A stretch of DNA of 48,430 bases from Patescibacteria group bacterium (GTDB taxonomy: Bacteria; Patescibacteriota; Minisyncoccia; RBG-13-40-8-A): NCBI GenBank assembly GCA_018829905.1, contig JAHJST010000014.1, forward strand, positions 1 through 48,430. Reading direction: 5' to 3'. Made by a program: the position numbers and the translations under genes. The notes beneath the pieces were generated by a model. The model searched no databases. It worked only from the letters and a program-made list of their open reading frames with translations, and had not been told where the DNA came from. Below, piece by piece: positions 47,956 through 48,430 of this stretch (position 1 is the first letter of the stretch; each line of letters begins with the position of its first letter).

Positions 47956-48255
47956 AAAAAACCCCCAAATGCAACTAGCTGAGTATACAATGGGGGTCGG
48001 CAATTGACCAATGCGTTTCATCTTCTTTTTTCTCAATAAAGTGACTTTAATTAAGGTCGGTTGGCTCGGATCTCTAGAAGACCCTACTGTTTTCAAAAGA
48101 CCTTTCCTTCTACCTAAGTAGCACTGGCTGCTATTTTTTCTTTCCGGATTCATGACCCGGACACTACTGGTTTTGCCGTTTACCAGAAAATAGCGTTTCG
48201 ACTTGGTAGGAGCTGCTCGAAGGAGACTTCTTTCTCCAACATTCAACCGATACTA
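47956..48255 (-). ncRNA. Unclassified structured ncRNA candidate (about 300 nt)
   Basis: The promoter is TTGACA-16-TATACT (-10 at about 48262-48267, -35 at 48284-48289). The closing stem CGGTTG (about 48244-48249) pairs with CAACCG (about 48058-48063). Internal stems include CTACCAAGT/ACTTAGGTAG, GCTATTTTCT/AGAAAAAATAGC, CTGGT/ACCAG and TCCGG/CCGGA. The terminator is CCCCCA...TGGGGG plus a T-run (47956-47997). GC is visibly above the local background. The 98-aa ORF here looks non-coding. Confidence 0.55.
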
Positions 48256-48281
48256 CCAGTATATCACACCTACAGAATTTG

Positions 48282-48428
48282 TCAAGCTTTTGTACAAGAT
48301 GACCACATAGGTAACACTTTTGATACTTCTATAGGTGTTTCATAGTTCAAGGTTTCATGAGGTCTAACAAAGTTGTATTCTATCAACCATTCAGTAAGAT
48401 TCTTGTTAAATGTATCAATGTCAGTAGT
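48282..48428 (-). CDS. C-terminal fragment of an rve-type (DDE) integrase/transposase, truncated by the window edge
   Basis: It translates as TTDIDTFNKNLTEWLIEYNFVRPHETLNYETPIEVSKVLPMWSSCTKA*. The YN..RPH..L...TP string is typical of the integrase-core C-terminus. Confidence 0.6.
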   Translation of the reverse strand, partial: TTDIDTFNKNLTEWLIEYNFVRPHETLNYETPIEVSKVLPMWSSCTKA

Positions 48429-48430
48429 AA

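Noticed and set aside
47950-48246. 98-aa minus-strand ORF.
   Set aside because: Its composition and GC content are unlike any neighbouring gene, and it coincides with a strongly structured region bracketed by a promoter and a terminator. I treat the region as an ncRNA candidate instead.
47956-48255. Assigning the roughly 300-nt RNA to tmRNA, RNase P RNA, SRP RNA, 6S RNA, a T-box or a common riboswitch.
   Set aside because: - It has no tRNA-like 3' end or tag frame.
- GUCCGGG and AUCCGGA lie only 8 nt apart, so they cannot form P4 of RNase P.
- It has no GGAA/AGCA SRP domain IV.
- It has no T-box 14-mer.
- Its branched interior is atypical for 6S RNA.
I left it unclassified.

Overview
AT-rich (about 30% GC, judged by eye) and very compact window. 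Almost every gene is on the minus strand. The combination of features looks like a Candidate Phyla Radiation (Patescibacteria)-type bacterial chromosome; this is an inference from intron-laden rRNA genes, small charged ORFs and reduced operons. In descending coordinates (the transcription direction), the window contains:

- A partial rve-type transposase at the right edge.
- A GC-rich, roughly 300-nt candidate ncRNA.
- A run of small acidic ORFs with an AbiEii-type toxin module.
- A frameshifted MTH1-like NUDIX gene.
- A tightly coupled four-gene operon at 35407-43344: a PLD-nuclease/SNF2-helicase fusion, a PglX/Eco57I-like N6-adenine methyltransferase and two uncharacterised proteins. I consider this the best candidate for an undescribed defence system.
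- An S41-like peptidase.
- A SAM-I riboswitch in front of a 58-aa ORF.
- A candidate plus-strand sRNA.
- rpmF-nusB-rnc and rpsP-KH-x-trmD.
- A 16S rRNA gene split by four insertions, followed by a small Zn-ribbon gene and then tRNA-Ile and tRNA-Ala.
- Four protein genes, then a separately promoted 23S-5S unit whose 23S carries five group I introns, three of them with LAGLIDADG genes.
- GNAT, ftsW/rodA, rpoB, rpoC, ftsK and recA.

Other notable points:

- There are nine rRNA insertions in total, including an 11-nt micro-exon in the peptidyl-transferase region.
- The 16S 3' tail has no CCUCC anti-Shine-Dalgarno.
- Many promoters have the geometry of leaderless mRNAs.
- There are several short intergenic repeats.

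All E. coli position numbers come from my own from-memory alignment and are approximate. No database search was run.
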